Shown here piece after piece: positions 30,191 through 40,233 of a stretch of 64,000 nucleotides of DNA. A program made the position numbers and the translations under genes. A model generated the notes under the pieces. It searched no databases and was not told the origin of the DNA. It saw only the letters and a program-made list of their open reading frames with translations. Positions within the stretch are counted from its first letter, which is position 1. Each line of letters begins with the position of its first letter. The stretch is taken from contig OZ223475.1 of NCBI GenBank assembly GCA_965140785.1, positions 224,001 through 288,000 on the forward strand, written 5' to 3'. Source of the stretch: an uncultured Ruficoccus sp. (lineage in GTDB: Bacteria; Verrucomicrobiota; Verrucomicrobiia; Opitutales; Cerasicoccaceae).

Positions 30191-30210
30191 TTTTATTTTT
30201 AACGTTAATT
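30191..30210. promoter_or_regulatory. Putative LacI operator, second copy
   Basis: TTTTATTTTTAACGTTAATT is the exact reverse complement of 23727-23746; upstream of the 30055 operon. Confidence 0.65.
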
Positions 30211-30492
30211 AATTTGATATTATATCGTTATCTTTTGCAACCTAAAATTGCATGGGTTTCTATTTTTTTTGATAAAAGTTGGATAGGGAATGCTGAATGA
30301 ATTTACATGTATCGTCGTCCCGGGCGGGTCAGGAATGGGATTTTGGGTTGACTGAAAACGAGACCGCCTTCGGACTCATTCAAGTCGTTCGGTGGCCCAA
30401 AGCGTCCACTCTTCAAGCTTTTCTCGTCTCAGGACCGCAAAATGGAGTGAGGCGACCACGTTTTTTCGTACCAGCGCAAAGAGATACTGGTG

Positions 30493-30591
30493 GGAGAGGG
30501 TTTTGATGTGTTTGGACTTCAGGTAATCCTTGGTCTCCGCAGTGGTAAACTACGGCCCGTTATTGGAACGGATGTGATTGGTAACACCATG
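30493..30591 (-). mobile_element. Degraded IS3-family integrase-core fragment
   Basis: Manual translation HGVTNHIRSNNGP*FTTAETKDYLKSKHIKTL, a decayed HIRSDNGPEF motif. Confidence 0.65.
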
Positions 30592-30691
30592 GTAATCAAG
30601 CTTTCAGCTTAGAGCCATTCCGATCTCCGTCTTTGTCGTGCTGCTGCGCAGGCCACGGCGTCAAAGATTAGGGGCTTGACTTATTGGCATT

Positions 30692-30711
30692 TTGCGTAAA
30701 TGTTTACGCAA
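30692..30711. promoter_or_regulatory. LacI-type operator site 1
   Basis: TTGCGTAAATGTTTACGCAA palindrome just downstream of a TTGACT -35-like box (30676). Confidence 0.75.
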
Positions 30712-30757
30712 CCTATTTGGGAGGCGAACCTTAATCGCTAACTAATGCATTGATATT

Positions 30758-33700
30758 ATGAAATTATTTTTCATGGCCTGTGGATTTGGGTTTGTTGGTG
30801 GTTGCTCAATGGCGCGTTTTATGCCGCGGATGCGTGTTGGGTTGCTTGGCCTTGTCGGGCTGGTGCTCGGCGTTTCCTGCTCAATGGGCGCAGTGAGTGT
30901 CTCTGAGATGGAAGATGGGCGGTTGCAGATTGTCATCACGGCTCCCGGGGTTGATGCCGCGCACACGCGTGTGATGATGGATATAGATGAAAACCTCGGC
31001 ACGGGTTATGGAGACGAGGGGGCGGACCTCATGATCGAAGGGGCGACGCTTTATCAATATCCGGCCGGGGCATCGGGGTGGAGTTGGAATTCGCTGGGTC
31101 CTGTCTCCAATAGCACCGAGAACGACCAGCTCACCTATACGCTTAGCGTGTCTCCTGAAGCGCGGATTTTACGGGTCTATGTGGAGAATTTTGACGATAA
31201 CTGGGAGGTGACGGGACGTTATCCCGCCGAAGGAGCAATTTCCGTGGATATGACCACGGTCCCAAAGGCCCAGTCTGAAGGAGGCCAGGACGAAGGTACC
31301 CTGAGCGGAAAGCTTTACCGCACACCCTCCGGGGGGCTGGCGGTTGTTGTTTTGGGGCAGAATCTCGACCCCGGCCGCCTTCGCGTTTTCATCAATACGG
31401 ATGAGAGCGCCACGACAGGCATGGCGCCGTTTGGTGCCGACTATCTGATCGAAGGGTTAGTGCTGTATCAGTATTCGGGATCCGGCACGGACTGGAGCTG
31501 GACGCCTCTTCGCCAGCTTACGCCCGAGACTCGGGAGGGGGGGATTCTCTACCCGGTCGAAGGCTTGAATGACGGAAATACCATCGAGTATTTGATCGAG
31601 AAAACGAATACGGACTGGGAAGTTATCGACCGCTTCCCGCAGGAGGGGACGAGGAAAATAAAAAGGTCCGATCTGAACGAATATTCTTACCAAGGGCCCG
31701 ATCGACAAGTCGGGCCTAAAAATTATCACATGGAAGAGCTTCGGACGTTTTGTGCCGCCCTCGTTGAATGTCGGATTCGATGAGCGCATGGCAAAGATGG
31801 ACTGGCAGGAGGTTCCGCTGACTCAGGCGCAGTGGGAGGCGGACGGGTTTTCCGAGCCCTTGCCCCTGGTCTTCAATCTTCAGGACGCGGAGACGGAGGA
31901 GGTCTTTGTCCTCGAACCCGATCAACTCCTTACGTCGGGCGAATGGACCCAGTGGATGGGGGAGGCCGACGGCGTGCGGTGGCGGGTGATCGGTCACGAG
32001 GATGAGCGGGGGGATATGGATCTCTATGCGCAGTTGAAAAGCGATAAAGAGCGGCTGCTGCGCTTGGGAGTCGGCGTGGAGATGCCGCTGGAGGGATGGG
32101 TGTGGCATGACGATGTCGAGTATCGCAGGCCGATCGAGGACGAGGAGGTGTACGCATACACCGGGAGTAGTCCGTATGGCCTGGACGGGGCTGTCTCCAA
32201 GTATCCGCTCGGAGTCATCAGTGATGAAAATCGTAGCCTGATTCTTGAGACCGATTTGAGCGAGCCCGTCGTCTTCAACATCGCAGCCCTCCCGCAAGAG
32301 GAGACGTTCGCGATTTATTATGACGTGGCACTCACGCCGTTGACCCGGAAATTCCCGGGCGAGGCCGTGCTGCACCTGAGCTTGCGAGCACGCACAAGCC
32401 AGGAGCAGCAGGCCTTTCGCCTGGCATTGGATGAGCTCTACGGTCGCTATCCGTCGTTGTTCGAACGGCGTCCGGACGCGGTCGGATTGTGGATGCCTTT
32501 CACGGACATCTCAAACATCCCCGATCCGCAGGACTTTGGATTCGCCTATTATGAAAAAGGGGGAGCGCTTGGTTCGGATGTCGATTTCTGCCACGAGAAC
32601 GGGGTCTTGACGCTGGTGTATACGGAGCCGTGGCTGTATTGGCTTCCCATGCCGCAGGGGATGGAGCGGACCCCGGAGTCCGCGCTGGGGCTCATGCGCA
32701 GTCTTTCCGCCAGCGGCGCGGGCCGGCCGGGCGAATTTGCTTCGGCGGGGCTACTGGGGGCGGCGCGATCGGTTGACGGCGATATTGTCATGACTTTTCA
32801 GGACGTGCCCTGGAATTCCGGGGCGCGCATGGAGGTGAGCACGGACCCGGAGTTGCCGACTCGGGACGGCGCGACGGTGAATCGGGCGATGGCGGAGTTC
32901 GCGTTCATGCGTGAGCAGATGGAACACGAAAAGGTGGATGGCATCTATCTGGACTCGCTCAGCGCGATGTTCACGATGGACTATAATCCGGCGGCGCTGG
33001 CCGTGGCCGACTATCCGGCGACCTTTACCGCCGATGTGCTCAAACCCGGACTCGCGACTCCCGTCGCCGCCTATGAATTCATCGCGGCGCTGGCTGGCTA
33101 TGCCCGGCAGGAAGGAAAGTATCTGATGGGGAATTTCCCTTGCTGGAATTTTCCGTTCTTTATGCCGTTGATCGATATTCCGGGGGAGGAGACCCACTGG
33201 TTCGGAGAGGGACGGTACGAGCGCATGCCGGATCGGGAGATGAACTACCGGCGCGCGATGTCCGGCCAGAAAGCCTGGGGATTTCTCATGAATGGGAAGT
33301 ACGATCACTTCGATCCGGAATTCGCCCGCCGCTACTTCGAGGACTGTCTGTTCTGGGCCTTTCAGCCGAGTCTCTTCAGCCACGATGCGGCGAACGATCC
33401 GTACTGGGAAAACCCGGAGTGGTACGAGCGGGACCGTCCGTTTTTCCGCCGTTACATGCCGTGGATTCAGCGGCTGGCGGCGGTGGGCTGGCGTCCGCAG
33501 GGGAGCGCTGTCGTCTCCGATGAGGAGATTCAAGTCGAGCATTTTTATGGTGACCGCGACCCGGTTCAGTTCGTTACGGTTCGAAACTCAAGTCAGACAC
33601 CGATAAGCACGTATCTGGAAGTACCGCTCTCCGGTGAGGACGCGCAGTGGGTGTGGATGAATCCGCTGGACGGGGAGGCCGGATGGATTTTTACAGATGC

Positions 33701-34928
33701 TTCGGGCATGGGCACTGTTCCTGTCTCGCTGGAGCCGGATCAGGTGCGCTTGCTGGCCCTGATGCCGAGCGGCGAAATCGCGTCCGAAATCGTGTTTTTG
33801 AAAGACTGGGCGGATGGCAAGGGGGATGCCGGTCGTTTGATCGACAAGCTGGCATCGCTTCAAGACGAACAAGAGGCGGGCTTGCTCATGGGGGTGGAAA
33901 TTTCCCAGCCCGCGCTGCGTGGTGTCGAGAATGACATCTGGGTGGGGGTAAAGAATGTCACCCCATCGGTGCTGACGCTGGCCCATCTCCGACTCGTGCC
34001 AGCCGATGGGGAAGCCCTGGAGCTGCTGGATGAGCCGGTCGAGATTACTCCGTCGCAGATGCTGGGCATCCCTGTGGAGGTCTCCGCCGGCTTCGGGCAG
34101 GATGGGGGCTTCAGCCTCGACGCCGATTTCACCGTTGAAGACGGTGGTGGCGAGCACCGTTTGAGCCAGCCCGTGACGTGGACCCTGCGTGATCCCGTTG
34201 CCATCAGCTTGACGGATCCGCATGTGATATCGATTCAGGAGCGGGCGAGTATCTCGTTGCGGGTTCGCAACCTGATGAATGCGCCGGCGACGATTACTTT
34301 TACCTGGGACGGTGATTACGGGGAGGGTGAATCTGAAGTGACCCTCAAGGCCAAGGAGGAGCGTAGGGTTTACCTGCCGGTTGTTTCCGGCGGGAGGTCG
34401 GAAGGAGCCGTTACGGTGCGGGCCGAATCGAGGGGCGTGGATCTCTTTAAATCGGTGGCCACCGTGACGTTCCTGGGAGCGCATGCCAGTGTCGTGCGGG
34501 ATAGCTCGGTGGCGGTGAGTACCAGCGGGGACTTCCCGGGGTATACTCCGCAGACGTTGCGCGACGGCGTGACCCGGCCTGGAGCCGAGATGGCTTTTAA
34601 CGAGGCCGCGTGGGCATCCGAAGACGTGCCCGGAGACACTTGGGTGCGCTTTGATTTTCCTTCCCCGATCGAAGTCAGTGAGGTGAAGCTTTACTGGAAT
34701 GAGGAAGGGGGAGTCCGCTACACCTCTCAATCCGGGGTGGTGGAGGGTGTGCGGGAAGACGGTTCCACCTGGCCGCTGCAAAACTACACCTCCGAGCAGG
34801 GGGCTGCCGTCACCACGGTTTCGTTTGATCCGGCCCGTGTGGTGGGGCTTGTCATCCGCCAACCGGACAGTCAGGGCCCTGTTTCGCGTCCCGATATTCT
34901 GTGGTTGAACGAGATCGAGGTGCACTAG
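30758..34928 (+). CDS. Large secreted multidomain putative glycoside hydrolase (two N-terminal repeats, TIM-barrel-like core, C-terminal F5/8C-like domain), split by a 1-nt frameshift
   Basis: ORFs 30758-31783 and 31752-34928 join if one T is removed from TTTT at 31748-31751; repeats DIDENLGTG..GADLMIEG / NTDESATTG..GADYLIEG; core VDGIYLDS; tail AAWASED..WVRFDF. Confidence 0.75.
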
Positions 34929-34973
34929 ACGGGGAACCTCCGAGGGGGAATCGGGGTGGCGAGTTCTGATTCT

Positions 34974-34988
34974 GTGTAAACGTTTGTC
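34974..34988. promoter_or_regulatory. LacI-type operator site 2 (degenerate, autoregulatory position)
   Basis: GTGTAAACGTTTGTC upstream of the LacI gene. Confidence 0.5.
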
Positions 34989-35062
34989 CTTTACCTTCGC
35001 CTGCTCGGCGGGCACAGTTCGTTGTCATGGCGGGGGTGCTAGTGCTCCTGTTTCAGGCAACT

Positions 35063-36076
35063 ATGGACATTCGTGAATTTTCATCATTGGTAGGGGTATC
35101 GACAGCCACCGTCTCCCGTGCGTTTTCCGGACGCGGGCGCATCAGTAAAAAGACGCAGGAGCGGATCCTCAAGGAAGCCCACAAGCACGGTTTCAGCCCG
35201 AATATTAACGCGCGTCGCCTTTCGTCCAGGCTCAGTGGTGTGATCGGCCTGTACTACACCTTCAGCGACGAGATCATATTCGACTATTACAATATGGAAC
35301 TGGCGCAGGAAATCGCCAAAACATGCGCCGAGCGCAGTATTTCCCTGCATCTAGTGTTGCGCAGCCAGTCCCGCAAAGACCTGCAATTGAACCACTTGGT
35401 GGCCGGAAAGGGCTTGGATGGCGTGATTATAGTGACAGACAGCCTGCGCAGTCTGGATGGGCTTGAGGATGTGATTCACAACTGCGCCACGGTTGTGATT
35501 TCCAACCAGATTTGGACGGATAATCCTTCGCGCGGGTTCATCCACCTGGATTTCGACAGCGGCATTGCCCAGGCAGTTACTCGTCTCGTCAGCTTGGGGC
35601 ACCGGCGGATAGGGTTCATTCGTGGCTTGATGGATGAGAGTAAGTTCGAGGCCTACGGTCGTGCCTTGAGGCAGAACGGGATCAGCCTGGACAGCGAACT
35701 CGTCACCACGGCCTCGAAGACGATACTTGACGGGCAGCAGGCTATTTCCGGTCTCCTGAAAAAGAACATCACCGCCGTTATTTGCTGTACGGATCTGCTG
35801 GCCTTCGGAGCGCTTCAAGGGGCGATCAACGAGTCCGTATCCGTGCCGGATGAACTTTCCATCGTTGGCATGGACGACCTCGCGCTGACCTCGCAGACAG
35901 CTCCCCCGCTCTCAAGCATCGGTGTGCCCCGCAATCGTATCGCCGAGGGCGCGGTGAAGATGCTCGATCAAATGCTTGATGCCCCCAAGCACAGTGAAGG
36001 GCAAAACGGTCGCTTCATGCATACGGTGAGCACCTTTTTGGTTGATCGTGCTTCGATCGCGCCTGCCCGGCTTTAG
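35063..36076 (+). CDS. LacI family transcriptional regulator
   Basis: MDIREFSSLVGVSTATVSRAF; LGHRRIGFI; VPDELSIVGMDD. Confidence 0.93.
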   Translation: MDIREFSSLVGVSTATVSRAFSGRGRISKKTQERILKEAHKHGFSPNINARRLSSRLSGVIGLYYTFSDEIIFDYYNMELAQEIAKTCAERSISLHLVLRSQSRKDLQLNHLVAGKGLDGVIIVTDSLRSLDGLEDVIHNCATVVISNQIWTDNPSRGFIHLDFDSGIAQAVTRLVSLGHRRIGFIRGLMDESKFEAYGRALRQNGISLDSELVTTASKTILDGQQAISGLLKKNITAVICCTDLLAFGALQGAINESVSVPDELSIVGMDDLALTSQTAPPLSSIGVPRNRIAEGAVKMLDQMLDAPKHSEGQNGRFMHTVSTFLVDRASIAPARL

Positions 36077-36116
36077 GCCACCTGAAGGATGGGGGAACGG
36101 GAACTTTTGCGATTTG

Positions 36117-36132
36117 GCGTAAACGGTTACGC
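36117..36132. promoter_or_regulatory. LacI-type operator site 3
   Basis: GCGTAAACGGTTACGC upstream of the oxidoreductase gene. Confidence 0.7.
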
Positions 36133-36176
36133 TTTTTGTCTTGACGCTCCTCGCACAAGCTGATTTTCATAGAGGC

Positions 36177-37295
36177 ATGAAGATTGGAGTGATTGGCATG
36201 GGCAAGCGTCTCAGCCACATGGTCAACAACTGCATGCGTGAGGCGGAGCCTGATTTGAAGGTTATCGCCGCACTCGATCCCGATGAAGATGCTGTGAGGA
36301 AAGCTCTGCCTGAGGGCGAGGCCGCCTCTGTCAAATTCGTGAAAACGATCGAGGAGCTGGTTATGTCCGGCGTGGACGCGATCGCGATCGGGACGCGGTG
36401 TAATCTGCATGCGCGGTATGCGATCGAGGTGTCCCGGACGGGGTTGCCTCTGTTTTTGGAAAAGCCGGTAGCGACGACGATGGAGGATGCCCTGGCGCTG
36501 GAAAAAGCGTTCCAGGATTCCCGCTCCGAGGTCGTGGTGAGTTTCCCGCTGCGCGCCTCTCCGCTTTGTGTGCGGGTGAAGCAGTTGCTGGAGGAGGGCG
36601 TCATCGGGATCCCGCAGCACGTAATGGCCGTGAACTATGTTCCTTACGGCGATGTTTACTTTAACTCGTGGTACCGGGACTATGGTGTGACCGGCGGCCT
36701 TTTCCTGCAAAAGGCCACCCATGATTTCGATTACCTGTCCTATTGTCTGCGCAGCCCGATTGTGCGGGTGGCCGCGATGAAGTCGTGCGGACGGGTCTAT
36801 CGGGACGCCAGTGTTGCGGATTGCGATCCCGATCCCGATTGCTATTATTATGAGCAGATCGGAACAGAGAAGACGGGGATGAACGAAGATTCCTCCAGTG
36901 CGCTGATCGAATTCGCTAACGGCACGCAGGCTGTTTACACGCAGGTCTTTTACTCCAAGCGTGGGGCGGCTGCGCGGGGGGCGACTTTTTCCGGTCACCG
37001 GGGCACGCTCAAGTTCGACTGGTACGAGAATATGGCGAAAATCGTCCATCACCAGCGTCCGTTCGAAGACACCATCAAAGTGGACTGCGAACTGAACCAT
37101 CATGGTGGAGATGGTGTGCTGGCCGAAAATTTCGTAAAAGTCGTGCGCGGAGAGGCCAGCTCGATCTCGAGCATTTGGGCAGGCCTGCAGAGCGTTTATG
37201 CGTGCTTGGCCGCCAAGGAGAGCTCAGAGCGCAATTCTTTTTGCGAGGTAAGAAAAATTGAGCAAATAAAGCATGCCGGACTTGGGATGGCATAG
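36177..37295 (+). CDS. Gfo/Idh/MocA family oxidoreductase
   Basis: MKIGVIGMG, LFLEKP, GGLFLQKATHDFD, HHGGD. Confidence 0.9.
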   Translation: MKIGVIGMGKRLSHMVNNCMREAEPDLKVIAALDPDEDAVRKALPEGEAASVKFVKTIEELVMSGVDAIAIGTRCNLHARYAIEVSRTGLPLFLEKPVATTMEDALALEKAFQDSRSEVVVSFPLRASPLCVRVKQLLEEGVIGIPQHVMAVNYVPYGDVYFNSWYRDYGVTGGLFLQKATHDFDYLSYCLRSPIVRVAAMKSCGRVYRDASVADCDPDPDCYYYEQIGTEKTGMNEDSSSALIEFANGTQAVYTQVFYSKRGAAARGATFSGHRGTLKFDWYENMAKIVHHQRPFEDTIKVDCELNHHGGDGVLAENFVKVVRGEASSISSIWAGLQSVYACLAAKESSERNSFCEVRKIEQIKHAGLGMA

Positions 37296-37311
37296 CTTTT
37301 GCTTTATGGTT

Positions 37312-37329
37312 TGCGTAAACATTTACGCA
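37312..37329. promoter_or_regulatory. LacI-type operator site 4
   Basis: TGCGTAAACATTTACGCA upstream of the PEP-CTERM/pilin/GH/SSS operon. Confidence 0.75.
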
Positions 37330-37430
37330 TCCCGATTCTGAGATGCATAAAACTGAATAAAGCGTCTATTTAACCGATAATCTAAAACATCTGTCTAACT
37401 CAAAAAATAACCAAACTGTTATCTACCATC

Positions 37431-38117
37431 ATGAAATTACACAAAGGTATCAAACTGTTAGCTGGTTTATTGGGAGCCTTCGCGCTCTGCACCTCTGCTT
37501 ATGCCGGAACGTATCGGACGATCACGATCGACGGGAATTTTGACGACTGGGATGGCATAGACCCCCTGACCTCCGAAACGACCGCAGTGGGAGATCCGGT
37601 TGACTTCGTCTCTATGTACGTCGCCAATGACGGGGATAATCTATACCTCCGTGTAGTCTACGCGTCTGATGTTGCCGTAAATGACGGAGGAACAACGATC
37701 TATATCGCGATCGATACGGATAACGACGTGAAGACCGGGTTCGATGTTTACAGTCTAGGCATCGTGGGCTCCGAGGTCGGATGGTCGAACGACTCAGGCT
37801 TCCAGCAGTCCAAAGAGTTTTTTAATACCGGTGTGACCCTCAACGACGGGCAGGCGGGTATCGCGCCCTATGCGACCACCACTACCCAGCAGGAGATGTC
37901 GATCAGCCTTTCGGCGACGTACGCGAATGACTCCAGCCCGGTCTTCCCGAACGGGACGATTGCCATCGCTTTTTACACCAGTGGAGCGACGACGGATAGT
38001 GTTCTGGGCAAGGGCGTTTATACGTTTGCCATCCCCGAGCCCGGTCATTATGCCATAGCGGTGTCGGCGTTGCTGGGAGTCGGACTATTGTTCCGCCGCC
38101 GCCGTCGCCGTTCGTAG
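37431..38117 (+). CDS. PEP-CTERM surface protein with DOMON/CBM9-like domain
   Basis: ITIDGNFDDW, VANDGDNLYLRV, IAIDTDNDVKTG; tail IPEPGHYAIAVSALLGVGLLFRRRRRRS. Confidence 0.9.
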   Translation: MKLHKGIKLLAGLLGAFALCTSAYAGTYRTITIDGNFDDWDGIDPLTSETTAVGDPVDFVSMYVANDGDNLYLRVVYASDVAVNDGGTTIYIAIDTDNDVKTGFDVYSLGIVGSEVGWSNDSGFQQSKEFFNTGVTLNDGQAGIAPYATTTTQQEMSISLSATYANDSSPVFPNGTIAIAFYTSGATTDSVLGKGVYTFAIPEPGHYAIAVSALLGVGLLFRRRRRRS

Positions 38118-38151
38118 TCAACGTTTAGATCGCAGCAAGGGCCACCCGGTT

Positions 38152-38793
38152 ATGTTAAAGCTAAAACGAAACGGGCTCAGTCTCATCGAGTTGCTGGTTG
38201 TCATCGCCGTGGTCGGAATTCTGTCCAGTATTCTGGTCACGGGCGTCAGCCATGTGAAAAACAAAAGCAACCAGATGAAAAGCCTCAGCAACGTTCGCAG
38301 TATCGGCAAAGGGGTGCATCTTTATACCCTTGAGCACGGGGAAAATCTCCCCGTGTGGCATAACTATAACATCGGCCAGTACTGGTGGCAATTGTTGCGG
38401 CCCTATGTTGGCGACGACGACCAGGTTTTCGGCAGCCCGGCTCATCCTGAGTTCGACGCGACGAATGACACGACGATAGCTCAGACGATTTCATACGGGT
38501 GGAACTTCGCGGTGATCGGGCGACATATCGGAGACCCCTCCTATGACGGCGACTATATGTTGCCCATGTATCTCTTTGATAATCCGCCGGAAACCCTGGT
38601 GTTGACGGACGGGCCCCGGTACGACTGCTGGGGCTACGTCACGACGGTACATGCGGCGGATCCGGAGCGCTACGGGGACGGCAAGGCCGTGGCCTTGTTC
38701 CTCGACGGGCATGCCGATGTGCGGGAGCAGTCTGCCTTTACCCTGGAGGATCCCTATTTCCTCCCGGAGGTTGCCATGCCCGCGATGAAATAA
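38152..38793 (+). CDS. Prepilin-type N-terminal cleavage/methylation protein (variant Y-X10-DG tail)
   Basis: GLSLIELLVVIAVVGIL; SYGWN; RYGDGKAVALFLDGHA. Confidence 0.9.
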   Translation: MLKLKRNGLSLIELLVVIAVVGILSSILVTGVSHVKNKSNQMKSLSNVRSIGKGVHLYTLEHGENLPVWHNYNIGQYWWQLLRPYVGDDDQVFGSPAHPEFDATNDTTIAQTISYGWNFAVIGRHIGDPSYDGDYMLPMYLFDNPPETLVLTDGPRYDCWGYVTTVHAADPERYGDGKAVALFLDGHADVREQSAFTLEDPYFLPEVAMPAMK

Positions 38794-38805
38794 CCTACGT
38801 TTACC

Positions 38806-40209
38806 TTGAAAATTCTACTTTACACTTGCCTCGCAGGCTTTGTGCTTGCGGCCACGGTTTCCCATGCCTCCCGTGCCTCCGATGCACGGGAGGCCTTCGG
38901 GAAAATCAAATCGTATGCCTGTTACTACGGTGAAGGAAAGCTGAAGGAGCTGGCCGGTCGCGATGCGGTTATTATCGAGACGAATAACCAGAGCCCGGAG
39001 GACATCCGCTTGCTGCAGCAAGGAGGCACGCTCGTCGTCGGTTATATCAGCATCGGCGAGGACGATGTATTGCGGGTAGGGGACGCCAAGGGACCGGGCG
39101 GGAAAGATTCCGCTTACTTTGACCGGGATAAAGACGGGCAGCCCGATAAGAACGGGGTCTGGGATTCGTACTACGCGGACTCCAGGCAACCGGCCTGGCG
39201 TAAGTACTTCATGGAAAATATCGCCAGGATGAACGATGTTTACCATGTGGATGGATTCTTTCTGGACACCGTTGATACGAGCGAACTCTATCCGGAGTCT
39301 GAGCAGGCAATGATCTCTCTGATCCGGGAGTTACGCCAGGCTTACCCGGATAGCCTCATTGTGCTCAATCGCGGTTTTCACACCGTCGCGCAACTGGCTC
39401 CGGTCATTGACGGCGTGATGTTCGAGAGCTTTACGTCCAGCTATGACTGGGCGAGCAAGGACTACATCCTGCTGACGCCGTCTTCCTGGGATTACGGGCT
39501 GGAAGTCTGGCAGGAGGTGCTCAAGCCGGCCATGGACAAATACGGCGTGGTCGTCCTCGCCCTGGATTATGCGCCCTCCGCCACTTCACCCCTGGTGCAG
39601 ACAGCGATGGACCGGGCTGTCACGTTCGGGTTCGTGCCGGAGGTCTCCTCTATTTATTTGGATACCATTTATGAGATCGGGTATGAGCCTCGGAAAAACC
39701 CGGACTATCTCACGATGTTCTGTACACCGGAGCGTTTGAGCTATGAACTGGCGGAGGCGGCCAATGGTTTTCCGAGCGGGACACGCGTCATGCCCAGCTC
39801 CTCCTACCCGGATTACGAGGTGAAGGCCGTGGTCGATGGCATCGAGGACAAGAGTACCCTCGGGTGGCGTCAGCGAGCCTGGGCTTCGCGGGAAGAGGAC
39901 GAGGAGCACTGGCTGGAGTTCACGCTGCCGCGCCCGGTGAGGGTGGACGGCCTTACGATCAGTTGGGCCAGGGACAATGGTACGCTCTATGCGACGCGGG
40001 ACTTTCGGGTCGAGGTGAAGCCGCCGGACGGCGGTGATGAGTGGGTGTGCGTCAGTACGGTCTCGGATAACCGCGAGCCCAGCAATAGTGTTCAGTTTGC
40101 TCCGATGGATGTCTCCGCCTTGCGCGTGGTCCAGGACGGGGGAGAGGGCTCACCGCTACGGCCCGACCTGATGTGGGTGGAAAAAGTCGTCCTCTCCTCG
40201 GTCGATTAA
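38806..40209 (+). CDS. Endo-alpha-1,4-polygalactosaminidase-like hydrolase (GH114/PelA-like) with C-terminal F5/8C-like domain
   Basis: YACYYG, GYISIGED, DGFFLDTVD, IVLNRGF, DGVMFESF, VLALDY; signal peptide. Confidence 0.8.
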   Translation: MKILLYTCLAGFVLAATVSHASRASDAREAFGKIKSYACYYGEGKLKELAGRDAVIIETNNQSPEDIRLLQQGGTLVVGYISIGEDDVLRVGDAKGPGGKDSAYFDRDKDGQPDKNGVWDSYYADSRQPAWRKYFMENIARMNDVYHVDGFFLDTVDTSELYPESEQAMISLIRELRQAYPDSLIVLNRGFHTVAQLAPVIDGVMFESFTSSYDWASKDYILLTPSSWDYGLEVWQEVLKPAMDKYGVVVLALDYAPSATSPLVQTAMDRAVTFGFVPEVSSIYLDTIYEIGYEPRKNPDYLTMFCTPERLSYELAEAANGFPSGTRVMPSSSYPDYEVKAVVDGIEDKSTLGWRQRAWASREEDEEHWLEFTLPRPVRVDGLTISWARDNGTLYATRDFRVEVKPPDGGDEWVCVSTVSDNREPSNSVQFAPMDVSALRVVQDGGEGSPLRPDLMWVEKVVLSSVD

Positions 40210-40233
40210 CCGGAAGGTGAACAGGATGAAGAG

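Noticed and set aside
30297..30506. 69-aa ORF as a real gene
   Set aside because: No motifs; lies in a decayed intergenic region next to an IS3 fragment
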